A stretch of 64,000 nt of DNA from the NCBI RefSeq assembly GCF_963675165.1, contig NC_087384.1:2678315-2742314 (forward strand), in the 5' to 3' direction. Of the stretch, positions 1 through 12,732 are shown piece by piece (within the stretch, counting starts at the first letter, position 1; each line of letters starts with the position of its first letter). A model generated the notes under the pieces. The model was not told the DNA's origin. It saw only the letters and a list, made by a program, of their open reading frames with translations, and ran no database searches. This stretch comes from Halichondria panicea. Lineage: Eukaryota. Made by a program: the position numbers and the translations under genes.

Positions 1-124
1 TAGAAACTCTTACTTGCACTTCATTGATCCTTGAGCAGCTGAAACAGTCTACACACACAGACACACACACAGACACACAAACACACTACCGTATACCTCG
101 CTTGCGCATGCGCACCGAGGCATA
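1..124 (-). mobile_element. MITE family A copy, truncated by window start. The 5' terminus ttatgcctcggtgcgcatgcgc lies at 124 in reverse orientation.
   Basis: Reverse complement of 1-124 matches the 5' ends of copies at 8788, 32343 and 48327, including the GCGCATGCGC palindrome, a (TG/CA)n tract and 'tagactgtttcagctgctcaaggatcaa'. Confidence 0.7.
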
Positions 125-502
125 ACAACACATTTTTTCCAAGCATGTCCCTGGGTCAGCAATGTTGCATACTAACAGGTAGAGTCTCTTAAAAACAGTT
201 GACTGATCTGAAAACTTTTAGACCCTTCCTTTCAATTTTTCAAAATTCCTGGATCTGCCACTGCGCGTGCCTCTTCTACTTTAAAATCCTGATGTATGTG
301 TCCCTTGAATATATCCCATACACATGCACCCACCGCAGGACAAGTGCCTGGAATGACACAGAGACCAAACCAAGGTAAGGTACATGTATGCCTACTTGGT
401 ATGTATTTAGTGGAAATCTGAACGACATGTTAAATTGTGTACATGCATGTCTTAAATTTCCATTTGAGTATTGTTATTAACGTTTCTGTGTGTTGTTCTC
501 GC

Positions 503-3353
503 AGGTGTCCCTGGAATGGCTCCTGTCCAGAACCCATCTGCCAGTAACTATGCGGGAGTGCATTCAGTGCAGGCCATCAGTAACCCTTCCTACACCGGAC
601 CTACCGTGTCTCAAAGCTTCTCTCAGGCTACACCAATCGGCATGCAAGTGAGTGCCTGTGGTTCTTTTATTGACATTGTGACAGTTGCTTTAACGGACAG
701 GAGTTAAAAGCGGTAATTCCTATAATGCAGTGGACCCATAATTATGCTACTTTGAACTGGTATTATTGTAAAGTGCTAAAAAGCAAATAATTAATGATTA
801 ATTATTTCGCGGATAGCCCCTTACACTACCAGAAGTATACCAAATTTCGAGTTGCATAGTTTTCGAGGTTTAGGTAAATCTGTGAAAAGACTTTATTGTT
901 GTCAACTTTGAATGCATTGGAGATGAGTGCATGTAACTCTTTGATTGGTCTCTCACATTTTGTGCAATGATTCCTTTTGGCTTCAAGTTTATCACCTCAC
1001 AATGCACACACACACACACATACAGCCCTCGTCAAGACCGGACGCTCCACCCACATCAGCACCGGCCAATATGGCTGGTGATCAATCAGGGGTTAAAGTT
1101 CAACAAAGTGGTCCCGGAGGCAATCCACCCACACCACACCCACCATCAATGCAGGGGGTAATTCGCTTATAGCTTTCAGCCTAGTACCGTATATCTTCTA
1201 ATTTATCGGACACTTCTAATTACCCGGACACTCTTTTGGGCAATTTTCGTTGTTCTAATACAACGGACACTCCAGTACTTTAATATTACATTTATTCTAA
1301 ATATCCGGACAATACCTTGAAAAGTTGAGTTACCATTCATAGACGGCAAGTAAGACTTGGAGTGCTGCAGTTAGATAGCTTTGAGTAGCTAGTTTTAGAT
1401 AGTTAGTGCAACTATTCAGTCGTACCTTGTTCTATTAAACTTAGCTAGCTCGCATGCAGCTGCTTGCTTGTTCTAATTATTCCGGACACTTCGCATGCTC
1501 TATAAAAATCTGTTCCAATTATACCCGGACAATTTCCAAAATAATTATTTTTTGCTGTCCGATAAATTAGAAGATATACGGTAATTTGAATTATAAGTTT
1601 AATGATTCAAGTATACATGTAGGATAGTTACGTACATACGTTGAGCATACGCACCACACACAGTGTGTGAATGTGTTACAAGTTGTTATCCACACACGTA
1701 CACAGGGTGTGCCATCTCCTGCCCCGCCCACACCCCTACTGCCAGCGTCCCCAGCAACCAGTGGTGTTGGAAGCCCTGCACAGCAACCATCCATCACCCC
1801 TGAGGAGAACGAGGTATACATGAGGAAACTGGCCGAGCTACAAAAATACATCCCCCTTCTGCAAAAGTGGATCTCAAAACTCACCAAAGAGGATAGAAAC
1901 AACCAGTTGCCCAAACTGAAGCAGCTCTACAGCCTTCTCTCCAGCAATAACAAAAGGTGTTATTTCAACATTTGGTTGTTATCATTATATGCAGCACATT
2001 AATGAACCCTCTGGCTACTACATGTATCCTTGATTGATTAGAACAAGCTCACTGTTTGTGGATTTTGTATATTCATTGCAGGGTGCCTATATCCACTCTA
2101 ATGCGGTGCGGAGAGGCACTGGACAAGATGTTCAATAATGACCAATCGTCTCGGGAGTCCCACTCGTCCTTCTCGGACCCCACCACCCCTCAGGCTAGAC
2201 CCCCTGTAACTACCCCCCACAGTGAGCCAGTCGTACCACAATCTAAACTCGTGGAGCCTCGACACTCACCCTCCCTCCTCGAGTTCAAGAGAGTGCCCTC
2301 ACCCCCGTCCAATTATGAGTCTCTGCTGGGGGCCATTCACACTCGACCCCTACCTCCTGAGAGACTACCCCCTGCCAAGAGAATGTGTAATAGAGGTGTG
2401 ACTGCACACACCATTGTTTATTGTTTGCAGTGCCTTAAAAAATACTTCTAACCTCATTCCTACATAATAAAAAAAATAAGAGTCACACTCTTCTTGCACA
2501 CTCTTCTTTTTTTTATGTACCTGTAGGAATGAGGTTAGAAGTATTCACACTCTGAGTGTAGAGTACTGTACTAGTTCTTATTGGATGTGCTGGGCATAAT
2601 ATTATTATTGTAACCACAAATATTTAGTTTGCCTTCAGGGGTTATCACGCTCGGACTGTTCTTGTATAAATGCAGTACACTCAGAGGTTGGTTGCAAGTA
2701 TAATTATTGCATTCATATTTACAGATGAGCCATTGATTCCGTTTGGGCTTATGAGAGAATTGGCAACCATCTCCAAGGTGAAGGTTAAGCAGTTTCCGAG
2801 TGAAAACAGATTTGACAAGTCCACAATACTTCAATGCGCTCTAGGTAGGCATATCCGCACACACTGTAAATTGAGTTTACACAATCATTCTAATCACATC
2901 TTACATGTACATGTACTGAGCTGTAAGAATAGAACACGAAGCATTAAACTTGGCAGTATACAAAAATGTGTACCAACGAAAATTACTCACTATATACTGT
3001 ACTTACATTAAGTAACTCAACTTTCCCCACGCACATAATTATGTAGTTCATTGCCTAGTAACCCAGAGGTGACCTATATTTTTGTACACAAAGTTTTTAT
3101 TTGGGACCTGGGTGCCTGGCCTTGATATCATAATGATTTGACAATCGATGGTCAGTCAAACTTTTTATACATAAACGTACTAGCCATCATGATTTATCTC
3201 CATCACACACCCACACCCACACAGATGATGATGGTCTCTACCCTGTACCTCCGCTTACAATCCGTATACCCTCCAACTATCCCCTTGTCTCCCCTGTCTG
3301 TGACCTCACCTCCTATCACACCTCCACCAACTCCACACTTGTCATGGAGGTAG
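503..3353 (+). CDS. MED15: Mediator subunit 15 (MED15)-like gene, 3' portion only; the 5' exons (KIX domain) would lie upstream of the window. Approximate exons are 503-648, 1027-1157, 1706-1967, 2092-2394, 2724-2846 and 3225-3353 (stop).
   Basis: Exon translation ...EENEVYMRKLAELQKYIPLLQKWISKLTKEDRNNQLPKLKQLYSLLSSNNKR followed by VPISTLMRCGEALDKMF resembles the conserved Med15 block (KYIEPLRRMINKIDKNEDRKKDLSKMKSLL...KRCPLKTLQKCEIALEKL). The exons are Pro/Gln-rich and bounded by AG/GT sites. Confidence 0.4.
1187..1581 (+). mobile_element. MITE family C copy with TIR ccgtatatcttctaatttatcggacac ... gtccgataaattagaagatatacgg.
   Basis: About 26-bp terminal inverted repeats are read directly. 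Paralogous copies occur at 23381, 24028 and 54730. Confidence 0.75.
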
Positions 3354-3905
3354 GGCGAACTCTGTCCGAGCGACTTTCCCGAAGTGTCCACACCTACTCA
3401 CTCTCGTCTCTACTCTCAGACTGGGAAATGTGTGTGCTTAGAGCAATGTCAAATCAACTATTAACTTCTGATGCTAGTTTATAGTCAATGATATTCAGAT
3501 TAATTTCTCATAATTATTAAAATGTAGGTACTTGAATTGGTTACTACTATTATAATTATGTGCACACTATACCACAGTAACGAAGATAGAGCACACAATA
3601 ATTCAGTTGCTAATTTTGCTATATAATTATAGATCTATGTACATGTAGTAGATTAATTATTGATCTGTGCAATGATCTGTGACAAAAATGCTTTGCATAA
3701 TTTTTGTTGCGCATGCGCATTAGTTCTCCCTCGTGGCATAATTATAGTAAAGAAATAATTATCACTGAAAATATTCTAAGTCCATATATTCCAGTCTCAG
3801 TGGTCTAAGCAGGGTGCAGTGGTAAGTGATAAATGTGTATAATTATTATAATAATTATTATGTTTATCTAGCTCACTAGAATAAAACTGTGACTGCAATT
3901 TAAAG

Positions 3906-3918
3906 GGGGGGGGGGGGG
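3906..3918. repeat. Poly-G homopolymer (G13).
   Basis: Direct read. Confidence 0.9.
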
Positions 3919-4189
3919 CGGCATGTCGATAAACTATTTCAAAACCATGCAAGGGTACGTTACCGGGTACGTTACCTTCGAAGAAAAGGGCTACCCTGAG
4001 TACGTCAACCCAATTCCAGGGTGTCCCAAATCCAAACGAAGGTATACCTACAATGTTCGTCAATGCAAGCAATACCGTTTGTAACAAAAATCAGGCTCAC
4101 AATATAATTATACGTGTTCCGAGCTTTTCGTGACGCATTGAGAGCTGCCTGCTCACACGACATGTGTACCTAGCCACGTGGCTGCAATG

Positions 4190-4510
4190 TTTATGGTTTA
4201 TGGAGTTCATAAAGTTAAGAGAGGAGTATCCAGCTTCCACGCACATTCCATTCTACGTCTTGGACTATAAATACGTCACTAACACTTGTAGACTAGCTGT
4301 GTAAACTGTTTGCCATGAATAACATCAAACGCTGGCTGGAGGTACAAACCACAGCATGACCACATGTATTACTTTTGCGTGTTTGCTGGTATCATTTAAC
4401 CACTACACCTACGCACCCACTAAAATGTGGTTTGAGAGTGACGTTTGACTAATACTAAAACTGCCATAGTTGGATACTCCTCTTAGTTTATGAACTCCTG
4501 GTGTAATTTA
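4190..4510. repeat. Small foldback / inverted-repeat structure (ggagttcataaagttaagagaggagtatccagc vs gctggatactcctcttagtttatgaactcc).
   Basis: Inverted repeat arms are visible in the sequence. Confidence 0.4.
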
Positions 4511-5221
4511 AGCGCCATCTCAGACTGAACAGGTCCTAAAAAAGTGCCAACGGTTGCTGTATTAAAATGGCACTTATAAAAAGGCTACTTTTTGGCCTAT
4601 ACAATTATATGAATGCATTCCTCAGCTGTAACATAATTATCAAACATCTCTGCCTGAGTACCAAGAGACTGCACTAGCTAGACACTACACTAGCTGTAGC
4701 GCATCAAGCGCCACCATAATTAAGCGCCAGTGGGCTGAACGCAATTTTTGAGGTTCTAAAAGATGCGCCACTCACATAAGGAATTAATTTTTTCTGGCGC
4801 TGTGTATACATCGACTACAGTACTACTCCTATGGATACCGACTGTATATTGGTTTGTCTAAGAGACAGAAAGAGACAACTTGCCACATGTACTAGCACCA
4901 CGTACTCAAAATAAATCAGGATCAGACAGAGAATCAATCTCCGGCGGCGGTTAGAACACAATTATCAGAGTAAGACATCGTATACAGGGTTGCATACAGG
5001 ATTTTTACACACATGTATACAGTAATGATCATGTTGGAATTGTTCAATTTGTGCTATCTTATAATAGTACGTCCCTTCGTGCACCCGTTTATGAGAGTTG
5101 CATATTTTTTTCTCCCCCGTACTGATCCTCTCGTATGCTTGAGAAAGAGCCTTAACAGAGTGCGTTAGTAGTTGCAGGGGATTAACAGTCATGAGTATAT
5201 AGTGGCTACATGGTAGAATGA

Positions 5222-5330
5222 GAATTATAATACCGTATAGAGGGTAATTTTTGTGGGGCAAAATATTCGGGGTTTTCGTGGTTGAAGGTCTGACCACGAA
5301 TATTTTACCCACGAATGAAACGAAAAATCC
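5222..5330 (+). mobile_element. MITE family B copy (ccgtatagagggtaattttt... / ...ccacgaatattttaccc).
   Basis: Shares the CCGTATAGCGGGTAATTTTCG-type terminus and the internal CACGAA motifs with other family B copies. Confidence 0.55.
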
Positions 5331-5445
5331 TCAACCATTTTAATCGTTACGACGCAGTTCTCTGTAAACATTTTCAGCCACGGCCGTTATTCGAAAACAT
5401 TATATTGTCATTTGACAGCGTGCAGTGACTCGACAAGTACCGTAT

Positions 5446-5520
5446 AGCGGGTAATTTTCGGGGGACAAAATATTCGTGGTTCAGCAATATTGAGACATTT
5501 TGTGGGTAATATTTTCGTGG
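5446..5520 (+). mobile_element. MITE family B partial copy.
   Basis: accgtatagcgggtaattttcggggg... terminus. Confidence 0.5.
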
Positions 5521-5575
5521 TTGCTGCTTGGATTGTAGGTAAAGGTACTGTGTTATAGTACTATAGATCTATACT

Positions 5576-5803
5576 ACCGTATAGCGCTTGATTTTCGCGG
5601 ATTTTGTGGGTTAGAATTCTACACGAAAATTAAGTACTCGAAAATTTTTCTTTAATTAGAATTACCTGCTATAACATGCAAAGATTTAAAGGCGTGGCTT
5701 TCGGTAAGCTGTCATTCCGCGAACATTGTGCAATGAAATGGCTTTTAGAGGCCAATCCACGAAATATAAGTGCCTCGAAAATTTAGCGCTATACGGTATC
5801 AGT
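5576..5803 (+). mobile_element. MITE family B complete copy with TIR ccgtatagcgc ... gcgctatacgg.
   Basis: Both termini are present. The internal sequence is near-identical to the copy at 57721-57915 (aaaggcgtggctt.cggtaagc...cttttagaggcca.tccacg.aatataagtgcctc). Confidence 0.75.
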
Positions 5804-5977
5804 TCTATCAAGAGTTTACCAACTCTTGGTTCTATTTATATTTATAAAGTGTACATACAATTCCTCAATTCCCTTCCTTAAAAAGTATATGCAGTTAATT
5901 ATGTTTGTCTAGTGTGGGGTAATAGTTTGTTCATTGTGCTAAACTATCACTGTTGTCTTTAGAATTGCGAAAACAGG

Positions 5978-7108
5978 ATGACTGAAGAGATGTACCAAGT
6001 GTTTGTGGTAGGCATGGGAGCAGAAGTGGCAACCATCAATGTAAGTACCACCCAAGAAGCCTTCTTATCGACAACTATCAAGAAATTCAGAACCCTTCTC
6101 AACAAAAAGTGGCCAGAATGTGGAACCGACCCTGACGATGTAAGACTTTTATTTGCAGGCAAGCAACTCGAAGACAAGCTAAGAAGCGGGGGAGAAGCCA
6201 CTCTGGAGGATTATAATCTCCAAAGAAACTCGACCATTCATCTTGTGTTTCGTCTCCACGGGGGTAGCCGACCTCCTAGTTTCACACAGCGAGTATCACC
6301 ACCACCTCCAGTTGAGAAACAGCACCAGTCTGATGACTTTTCCTTGAAATTCACTAAAGATATTCCGGATGCAATCACAGGGATGAGTGACCCTGATGAT
6401 CAACCAAGGGTAATGATGACTTGTAGACATGCTGTTGATCCAAACACCCTCACAGCCTGGTGCCGCAGTCTGTTGGACAAGCAAGAGTGGGAATTTTTCT
6501 GTCCAGCAGTGATCGGCGCCACGAACAAGCAGTGTAAAAAGATTTGGGAGTATTCGGAAGTTCGAAAGGTGGCACTTTTTAACGAAGCAGAGCAAAAGTT
6601 TTTTGAGAGCAAGATGTCTGAGTATGCAGCTCAGATGTACTGCGATATGAAAGAGTGCCCCGGTTGTCGTTCATTTGTGGAGCGTAGGGATCTCAAAAAC
6701 TTACGTGTTCACTGTGGCATTTGCACAAAGAAGAATAGGAAGGAATTTGATTTTTGTTGGCACTGTGAAAAAGAGTGGTCTGGACCAGTTACATCGGCTG
6801 TCAGGTGTGGTAGTTCTGATTGCGCTCACCCATCGATCCCAAGTATTCGTGATGCCAAGGTCATTCGTATCAATGAGAAAGAAGTGCCTTGTCGCCGTGC
6901 CTGTCCCACTTGTGGAGTGGTGGTTGAACATAAGGGAACAGGTGGTTGTAAGTTCATTGTTTGCCCACGGTGCAAAAAGGAATTCTGCTTTCTCTGCCTC
7001 AAGGTTAAGGTTGTTTGCTTGTCTGCAGCCCCTGCATCTTGGTACGGCTCCTGCAGCAAACCTGTGGCTCCAAAACAGACAAGCATTCCAGTTTGGTCGA
7101 GAAAATAA
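5978..7108 (+). CDS. RBR-type E3 ubiquitin ligase with an N-terminal ubiquitin-like domain ending ...[10 protein letters not shown], a degenerate RING1, an IBR and a catalytic RING2 (Rcat). Apparently single-exon.
   Basis: 376-aa ORF. The Ubl resembles ubiquitin (LxxxxLHGG C-terminus). The IBR reads CPGCRSF...HCGIC...FCWHCEKEW...CGSSDCAH. The Rcat reads [32 protein letters not shown], with the GC as the candidate catalytic Cys. Confidence 0.7.
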   Translation: MTEEMYQVFVVGMGAEVATINVSTTQEAFLSTTIKKFRTLLNKKWPECGTDPDDVRLLFAGKQLEDKLRSGGEATLEDYNLQRNSTIHLVFRLHGGSRPPSFTQRVSPPPPVEKQHQSDDFSLKFTKDIPDAITGMSDPDDQPRVMMTCRHAVDPNTLTAWCRSLLDKQEWEFFCPAVIGATNKQCKKIWEYSEVRKVALFNEAEQKFFESKMSEYAAQMYCDMKECPGCRSFVERRDLKNLRVHCGICTKKNRKEFDFCWHCEKEWSGPVTSAVRCGSSDCAHPSIPSIRDAKVIRINEKEVPCRRACPTCGVVVEHKGTGGCKFIVCPRCKKEFCFLCLKVKVVCLSAAPASWYGSCSKPVAPKQTSIPVWSRK

Positions 7109-8190
7109 CTTCACCGGGAAAAACTGTAAAAACATAATTATAGTCTAACACATTTAACTTTGCATTTAATCATAATACAAGAACTTATGTATAATCTCAA
7201 TTTTCTTTGTATAAGATTGCATAATCTGCTTCAACTAACAAGAGAAAACTCTTGGTACTAAGTAGAGTAGTCTAATAATGAATAAGTTTTGCTATTATGC
7301 ACTCTCTTCTGAAAGGCCAAAAGGCTGCAATGGCAGCAAAAACAAGTAGGCATAAGTCGAGTACCTCCTTATTTTTCAAATCCACTAGGTTAATCCAAGA
7401 CAGCAATGTAGTCAACATTTTTTTTGTAAGATATGCATATAACCAAGGTAGCTCAAATGGCTAGTGTGAAGACTTCCCCTGGATAACACAAAAACCAAAA
7501 AATTAAGATAATTATAAATAAAACTATACTGAGGGAAACAGCAAAAGAGCTATTGATAACTTCTTGTGGTAAAGAATTCCATTTCTGTATTAATTTTTAC
7601 ATCCAGAAAAAAGGAATATTTGTGGGATGAGGTGCCCACATTTGGTTGTGTGGATGACGGGGAGAAGGGGATGGGTGGGGTGAGAAGACAGCTAGTGGGA
7701 GGAATACAGGATTTGTTGTTGATGATTTTGAAGCATACTTTAAATATTTGGATATTCCTGATTTGAATTGGAGTTTTTAGGCTGAGAGATATTATAGTCA
7801 GAATTCCATTCTTTGGTTATGATTTTGCAGGCAAATGATTGGGTATATATTCTCCTGTTTCTTGGTGAGTGTTGATTGATTGGGGTCCCATGCAGTATTC
7901 AAGTAGGTAGCACAGTGCTGCTGTAGCTTTGCATGATTGCTGTGATGCATCTTTTAATTTCCTGTGGAGCAATCCCAATTCAGTGTTGTTTGGATGACTT
8001 CACAGTGTTGGTAATGTGCTGAAGCCAGGACAGATTCTTAGAGATGGTGACACTGAAACATTCCACAATGGGGATTTGCTGGTTTGAAAATGAGAGGGTG
8101 AGTGGGACTAGAAGCATGACTAAAAATAATGATTAGAAGCCTGCATGTAGAACTTTCATTTAACACTACTGATCTTTGACTAGCTGTATA

Positions 8191-8345
8191 GCGGGTAATT
8201 TTCGTGGGGTAAAAAAATCATTTATCTGGAAAACAGTGATTTTCGTGAGTAGAAATTTCGTTTAATCTCGTTGCCTGCACTGCATTCAAACGTTATGCCA
8301 CGCCTACGTTAACATTTCGTGAAGGTCAGCTTGACCACGAAAAAG
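8191..8345 (+). mobile_element. MITE family B copy.
   Basis: ctgtatagcgggtaattttcgtgggg... with the shared internal motif 'ttgcctgcactgcatt' also seen at 10868 and 35238. Confidence 0.55.
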
Positions 8346-8787
8346 TTGTGCACCGCCCTTTATTTTAGGTGCAAAACTGTACTCTTTATTCATACGTTAC
8401 AATAATGTGAAAACCACAGTTTTGCATAATTATGTAGTTGAGAAACACTCTCAAGTCCTCCATGCTCATTGATAGGCCTGTGCCAAATATTCAAATTTGT
8501 TCACCTATTATTCAAATTATTCGCACTTGATCAGCCTATTATTCTACTTCATCCGCCAATTATTCAAATTGTATTATTCAACATCCACAGCAGCGAAATA
8601 AAACACCTATAAATTGTATAGCACTAAAAAAATGGGATTAAGTCATTACTTTTTAATTTCAGCAGCGAAATAACAAACTCTAGCACAAAAAATGTTTCAA
8701 CATTGATTGGACTAACAATCAGATTTACTGCCATGTAAAATGTGGGCGTGTTCTGAGCTACTGCGCATGTGCAACTCAATGATATCA

Positions 8788-9340
8788 TTATGCCTCGGTG
8801 CGCATGCGCAAGCGAAGATACGATAGTGTGTTTGTGTGTCTGTGTGTGTGTGTAGACTGTTTCAGCTGCTCAAGGATCAAAGTAAGAGTTTTTATAGGCT
8901 TCTAGTCATATTTGTGGATTTGCAAAATAAAGCTTCGTTCTCGAGTTGAGTTTTGCTTACTTTGAATGCCATTGCAGCCTTTTCAGAAGAGTCCGTAGCA
9001 AAACTTGTTCGAGTGTTGCTACTCTACTTAGTAGTTAGCTCTGCACTAGAACGCTAGCTATTGGTAGCTGCAAGAGTGAGAAGAGAGCTGAGCTGCAAGG
9101 CTCTGCTGACTTGCAGCCATTACTTGAACTTTTGGCATCGATCGTTTTTAAACAATCATCGTCCTCGACGATTACCCACTCTTTGAGTTTCCCTGTGATT
9201 CTGGATTCTGCATGCAGTAAAATTAAAAATGTTCATCATGATAATTATAATCAATGTGTGTATAAAAGCTAGCTATTAGTAATTTTATGTTATATGTAGC
9301 TTTGGCACCTCCACCGAGGTATCAGCACCCGCGGTGCTTT
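8788..9340 (+). mobile_element. MITE family A complete copy (about 550 bp). TIR atgcctcggtg ... caccgaggtatc, with an internal GCGCATGCGC palindrome and a short (TG)n.
   Basis: Full-length alignment by eye to copies at 32343-32975 and 48327-48872; the termini are inverted complements. Confidence 0.8.
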
Positions 9341-9672
9341 CATTAAACTAGTTCCTATTATTCAAATTGTAAAAAGGCTGCCTATTCCAGAATATTTGGC
9401 TCAGGTATATATATATACTCAGTGCTCAAATCAGTTACCATGCAGGAATAGGAGAGAAGCTATAGCAAATTGAAGTCACTAGAAAGAAGACTGAGTTATT
9501 TGAGCCAAAGATGCAAATCAAATCTTATTTGCAGCACTATACTGCAAATAAGATTTGATTTGCATCTTTGTATATTGCATATTGCACCCGTGCGCTCATG
9601 CAACAAGTTAACTAGTATACTGAGGGTGGAGCTATACTCAGGAATGTAACTCCAAAATTGTATAAAATGTGA

Positions 9673-10686
9673 TTGGGATGTTATCTAAAGATAATTTCTG
9701 CTGTCTGCATGGATGTGAATAATATGCAGTTGTACACTTTGCTCACGTTGGAGCTCCTGGATGTTCTACCAGTCGCCACGCTCTATGCAATCTATGGATT
9801 TCTGCTCTACGTCAGCATGCTAATTTGCTACCCCTTCCTTTTGCTGTATCGCCTTAGCCAAAAACAAGTAACGGAGAAAAAATCATTTGCAATCATAAGA
9901 TGGATGAAAAAGGCAACTGATTCAATTGTCTTTATTTTGTATGGAGACCTTGCTAATAATCGTGTACGATCGTTTCTCAAGGAAGAAAGCATCCATGGTG
10001 TTGGATCACTTGATGACGCATGGAAGCGTGTTCAACTGATGTGGTTTGCTTTAATGTTACGATTGAATGCTTTATCACTCATCTTGCTGTGTGGTCTTGC
10101 ATTTTGGGACCGATTTCTTGTTCAAAGGTCGAGAGTCTGTGAAGATGAGAAAGTGTGGCAGTGCTATACTGGAACTCTTGATGCTGTAAACGGTTGGGGA
10201 AGAGAGCCACTTGTAAACTGTAGCAATATGACGGATGCTGATGAAGTAGTTTGCTTCAAATTTGCATACAATGTTGCCGATACCGTAGGTCTGGTAGGTG
10301 GTGTTCTTTCTTTTGGCATTTATTGTATGCGGCTTGGAGGTACTGTGATGACTTTTCTTTACAAGCAACTTCAGCGTTGTTGCAGTAAGAAAGTGTATCG
10401 TGTATTTTCGTCCATTATTCAGCAAACACCGATGTGGATTATGCTAATTTCTGCTGTTATTTCGATTATTTTTCTCAAATACAGAGACTTGACCTTCTAT
10501 GGTGAATTGATTGAAACATTTGGCATTGCTTCGACTCTTGCACTAGTACTTGCTACGCCATGGAGTGCGTTTGTGGATTATCCAGACACTAAGCCATGTT
10601 CGAATGAAGACTCTGAGATGCGAAAAGTGGTGAAACCATTTGCATTTGAATCAATCGAAGGAGAGAAAACGGTCACAGCTGCATGA
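9673..10686 (+). CDS. Uncharacterised multi-pass transmembrane protein (337-aa ORF with several hydrophobic helices). No recognised family.
   Basis: A long uninterrupted ORF in an AT-rich background. It has hydrophobic segments (LYTLLTLELLDVLPVATLYAIYGFLLYVSMLICYPFLLLY, LSLILLCGLAFW, LVGGVLSFGIYCM, IMLISAVISIIFL). Confidence 0.45.
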   Translation: MGCYLKIISAVCMDVNNMQLYTLLTLELLDVLPVATLYAIYGFLLYVSMLICYPFLLLYRLSQKQVTEKKSFAIIRWMKKATDSIVFILYGDLANNRVRSFLKEESIHGVGSLDDAWKRVQLMWFALMLRLNALSLILLCGLAFWDRFLVQRSRVCEDEKVWQCYTGTLDAVNGWGREPLVNCSNMTDADEVVCFKFAYNVADTVGLVGGVLSFGIYCMRLGGTVMTFLYKQLQRCCSKKVYRVFSSIIQQTPMWIMLISAVISIIFLKYRDLTFYGELIETFGIASTLALVLATPWSAFVDYPDTKPCSNEDSEMRKVVKPFAFESIEGEKTVTAA

Positions 10687-10867
10687 TCATAATTATATAC
10701 TATTATACAGTTAGATAAGTATTGTGATATAGGTTGTAATAATTTTATTACGTATAGCTGATTGTTTATACTTTTATATACATGGACTGCGTAGCCATTG
10801 TAACTCGGACTCTATATAAAAAGAACTGTAGATTTGTTTGATACGCATAATAATTGTTGTAACTAGT

Positions 10868-11055
10868 ATACTATTGTATAGCAGGTAATTTTCGTGTAGT
10901 GAAAAAATTCGTTTAACTCGAAAATGGTGAGTAAAAATTTCGCTTGACTTCATTGCCTGCACTGCATTGCATGCGTTCCTGTAAGCCATGCCTTGCAAAA
11001 TTTGTTGTGGAGGCCAGCTTGCCCAACGAATATTTTACCCCACCCGCTATAATTA
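10868..11055 (+). mobile_element. MITE family B copy.
   Basis: Termini tgtatagcaggtaattttcg ... cccgctataattacacgg; internal 'cattgcctgcactgcattgcatgcgttcc'. Confidence 0.6.
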
Positions 11056-11100
11056 CACGGTATATTTTCCAATCCATGATGCATTGCCACGATTGAAATT

Positions 11101-12010
11101 GTCAAAAATTTCCTCCATATACTCTTAAAAAATGCTTTGTGAGTTCATGTTTATCACCATTCTTGGTTGCTAAGACAATACCTCTCTGCCTCTCCTCCAT
11201 GCAGTGATCAACTGATAAAATTTCCCATCTATACTCTTAAAAAATGCTTTGTGAGTTGGTTAATGTTTATCACCATTCTTGGTTGCTAAGACAATACCTC
11301 TCCTCCATGCAGTGATCAACTGATCATGGGATGATGCAATTCCCATTAAGTTTTATCTTGTTTATGAAATGATCTTGGACATACAGTAGCCATTTTCTAA
11401 CTGTCCAAGTCGGAGCATCACGTGCGATTAAGTGACCCCCTGGATATGGTTGGTAGATTATGAGCATATAAGAGGAATAATGTTAATAGGTGATTTGTAG
11501 ATTTGAAAAGAATAATAGGCTGTTAACTTATAAGAAAAGCATAATAGGTAATATCTCGAGCAACCCTATACCCCTGGATCCCTTATTCCCCCTCACTGAA
11601 TCCTATTCTAGGCTCAGTGATTCTAAACTTAAAAATGCTTTGTGAAATGTTTATCACCATTCTTGGTTGCTAAGACAATACCTCTCCTTCATGCGCAGTG
11701 ATCAACTGACCATGGGATGATGCAATGATGCAATTCCCATTAAGTTTTACCTTAAACAGCTGTTCATGAAATGATCTTGGACATACAGTAGTCATTTTCT
11801 AACTGTCTAAGTCGGAGCATCACGCGCGATTAAGTGACCCTTGAATATGGGTTGGTAGATTATGCCAAAGGTGATTTGTAGGTTCTTTGTTAACTTGATA
11901 AAAGAATAGCATAATAGGTAATGTCTCGAGCATAATACCAACCCCTATACCCCTGGATCCCTTATCCCCTCTCACTGAATCATATACTAGGCTCAGTGAT
12001 TCTAAACCTA
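11101..12010. repeat. Tandem duplication of an approximately 480-500 bp unit (about 1.8 copies), itself containing a shorter internal duplication (atgctttgtgagtt...ttatcaccattcttggttgctaagacaatacctct).
   Basis: Unit 11130-11630 is repeated at 11630-12010 with about 90% identity. Confidence 0.7.
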
Positions 12011-12732
12011 TCCCTATATCTCTAACCGCCCTGCATGGACTCTAACCCAGTGTGGGGTCGCTGAATCCTGCAACACCGGTATATACCATGCATGCATGCA
12101 TGCAGCTATAGCCCTGCATGAATAAATATCCTACATTTTCGTCAATCAAGTAGCTACATACGATGGTTGAAAAATATTAATCGTGTCTGCTACCAAGATT
12201 CTTGTTAAAAGAGGATCAGGTCAAATACCATTCTTGCATGGTTGTCATTACACTACCTCACTTCTCCAGTGATCAATGCATGGTTCAATTCACAGTCATG
12301 TGGCTTTGTAACTATAATGGCCCATCACTCCAGGCTGGAACACAGGACTAGGCATCAGTTATAGCCACATGCAGTTGTTGATACAAATTGCACACTCTAT
12401 ATACATACTAGTAAAACCAATGCTTGACGTGGCCCATTACATTTTTCGAAGTGTCCCATCTATTTTTTCTTTTAAGTTAAAAATTGCGACCATTCTTGGT
12501 TGCTAAGACACTACCTCTCCTCTTAATAGTATATAGAGTGCATGCAATTTCTGAGTTCCATTTGTTTAAGTGCATTGAATTTTCAACACATATTTGGTTG
12601 CCATGGCACATCCCCAGGCCTTCCACCAGTGTTCAATGACGCTTGGCAGCATGCGCGCAATTACCTCAATTTAGCTTAATTAATCGAGGTACTCGTATCG
12701 TACTTCTCTATCACATTGTACTCTTGATGTTA

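Noticed and set aside
3906-3918. G13 tract as a G-quadruplex or regulatory element.
   Set aside because: A single homopolymer run without additional G-tracts, more likely polymerase slippage or an assembly-prone homopolymer.
4965-5312. 115-aa minus-strand ORF.
   Set aside because: It overlaps a MITE family B copy and AT-rich repeat, with no motif or splice context.
6296-7148. ORFs 6296-6595(-), 6400-6612(-), 6675-7148(+), 6701-7135(-) and 6826-7086(-), all overlapping the RBR ligase gene.
   Set aside because: These are alternative-frame or antisense ORFs inside a well-supported 376-aa CDS, with no domain signal of their own.
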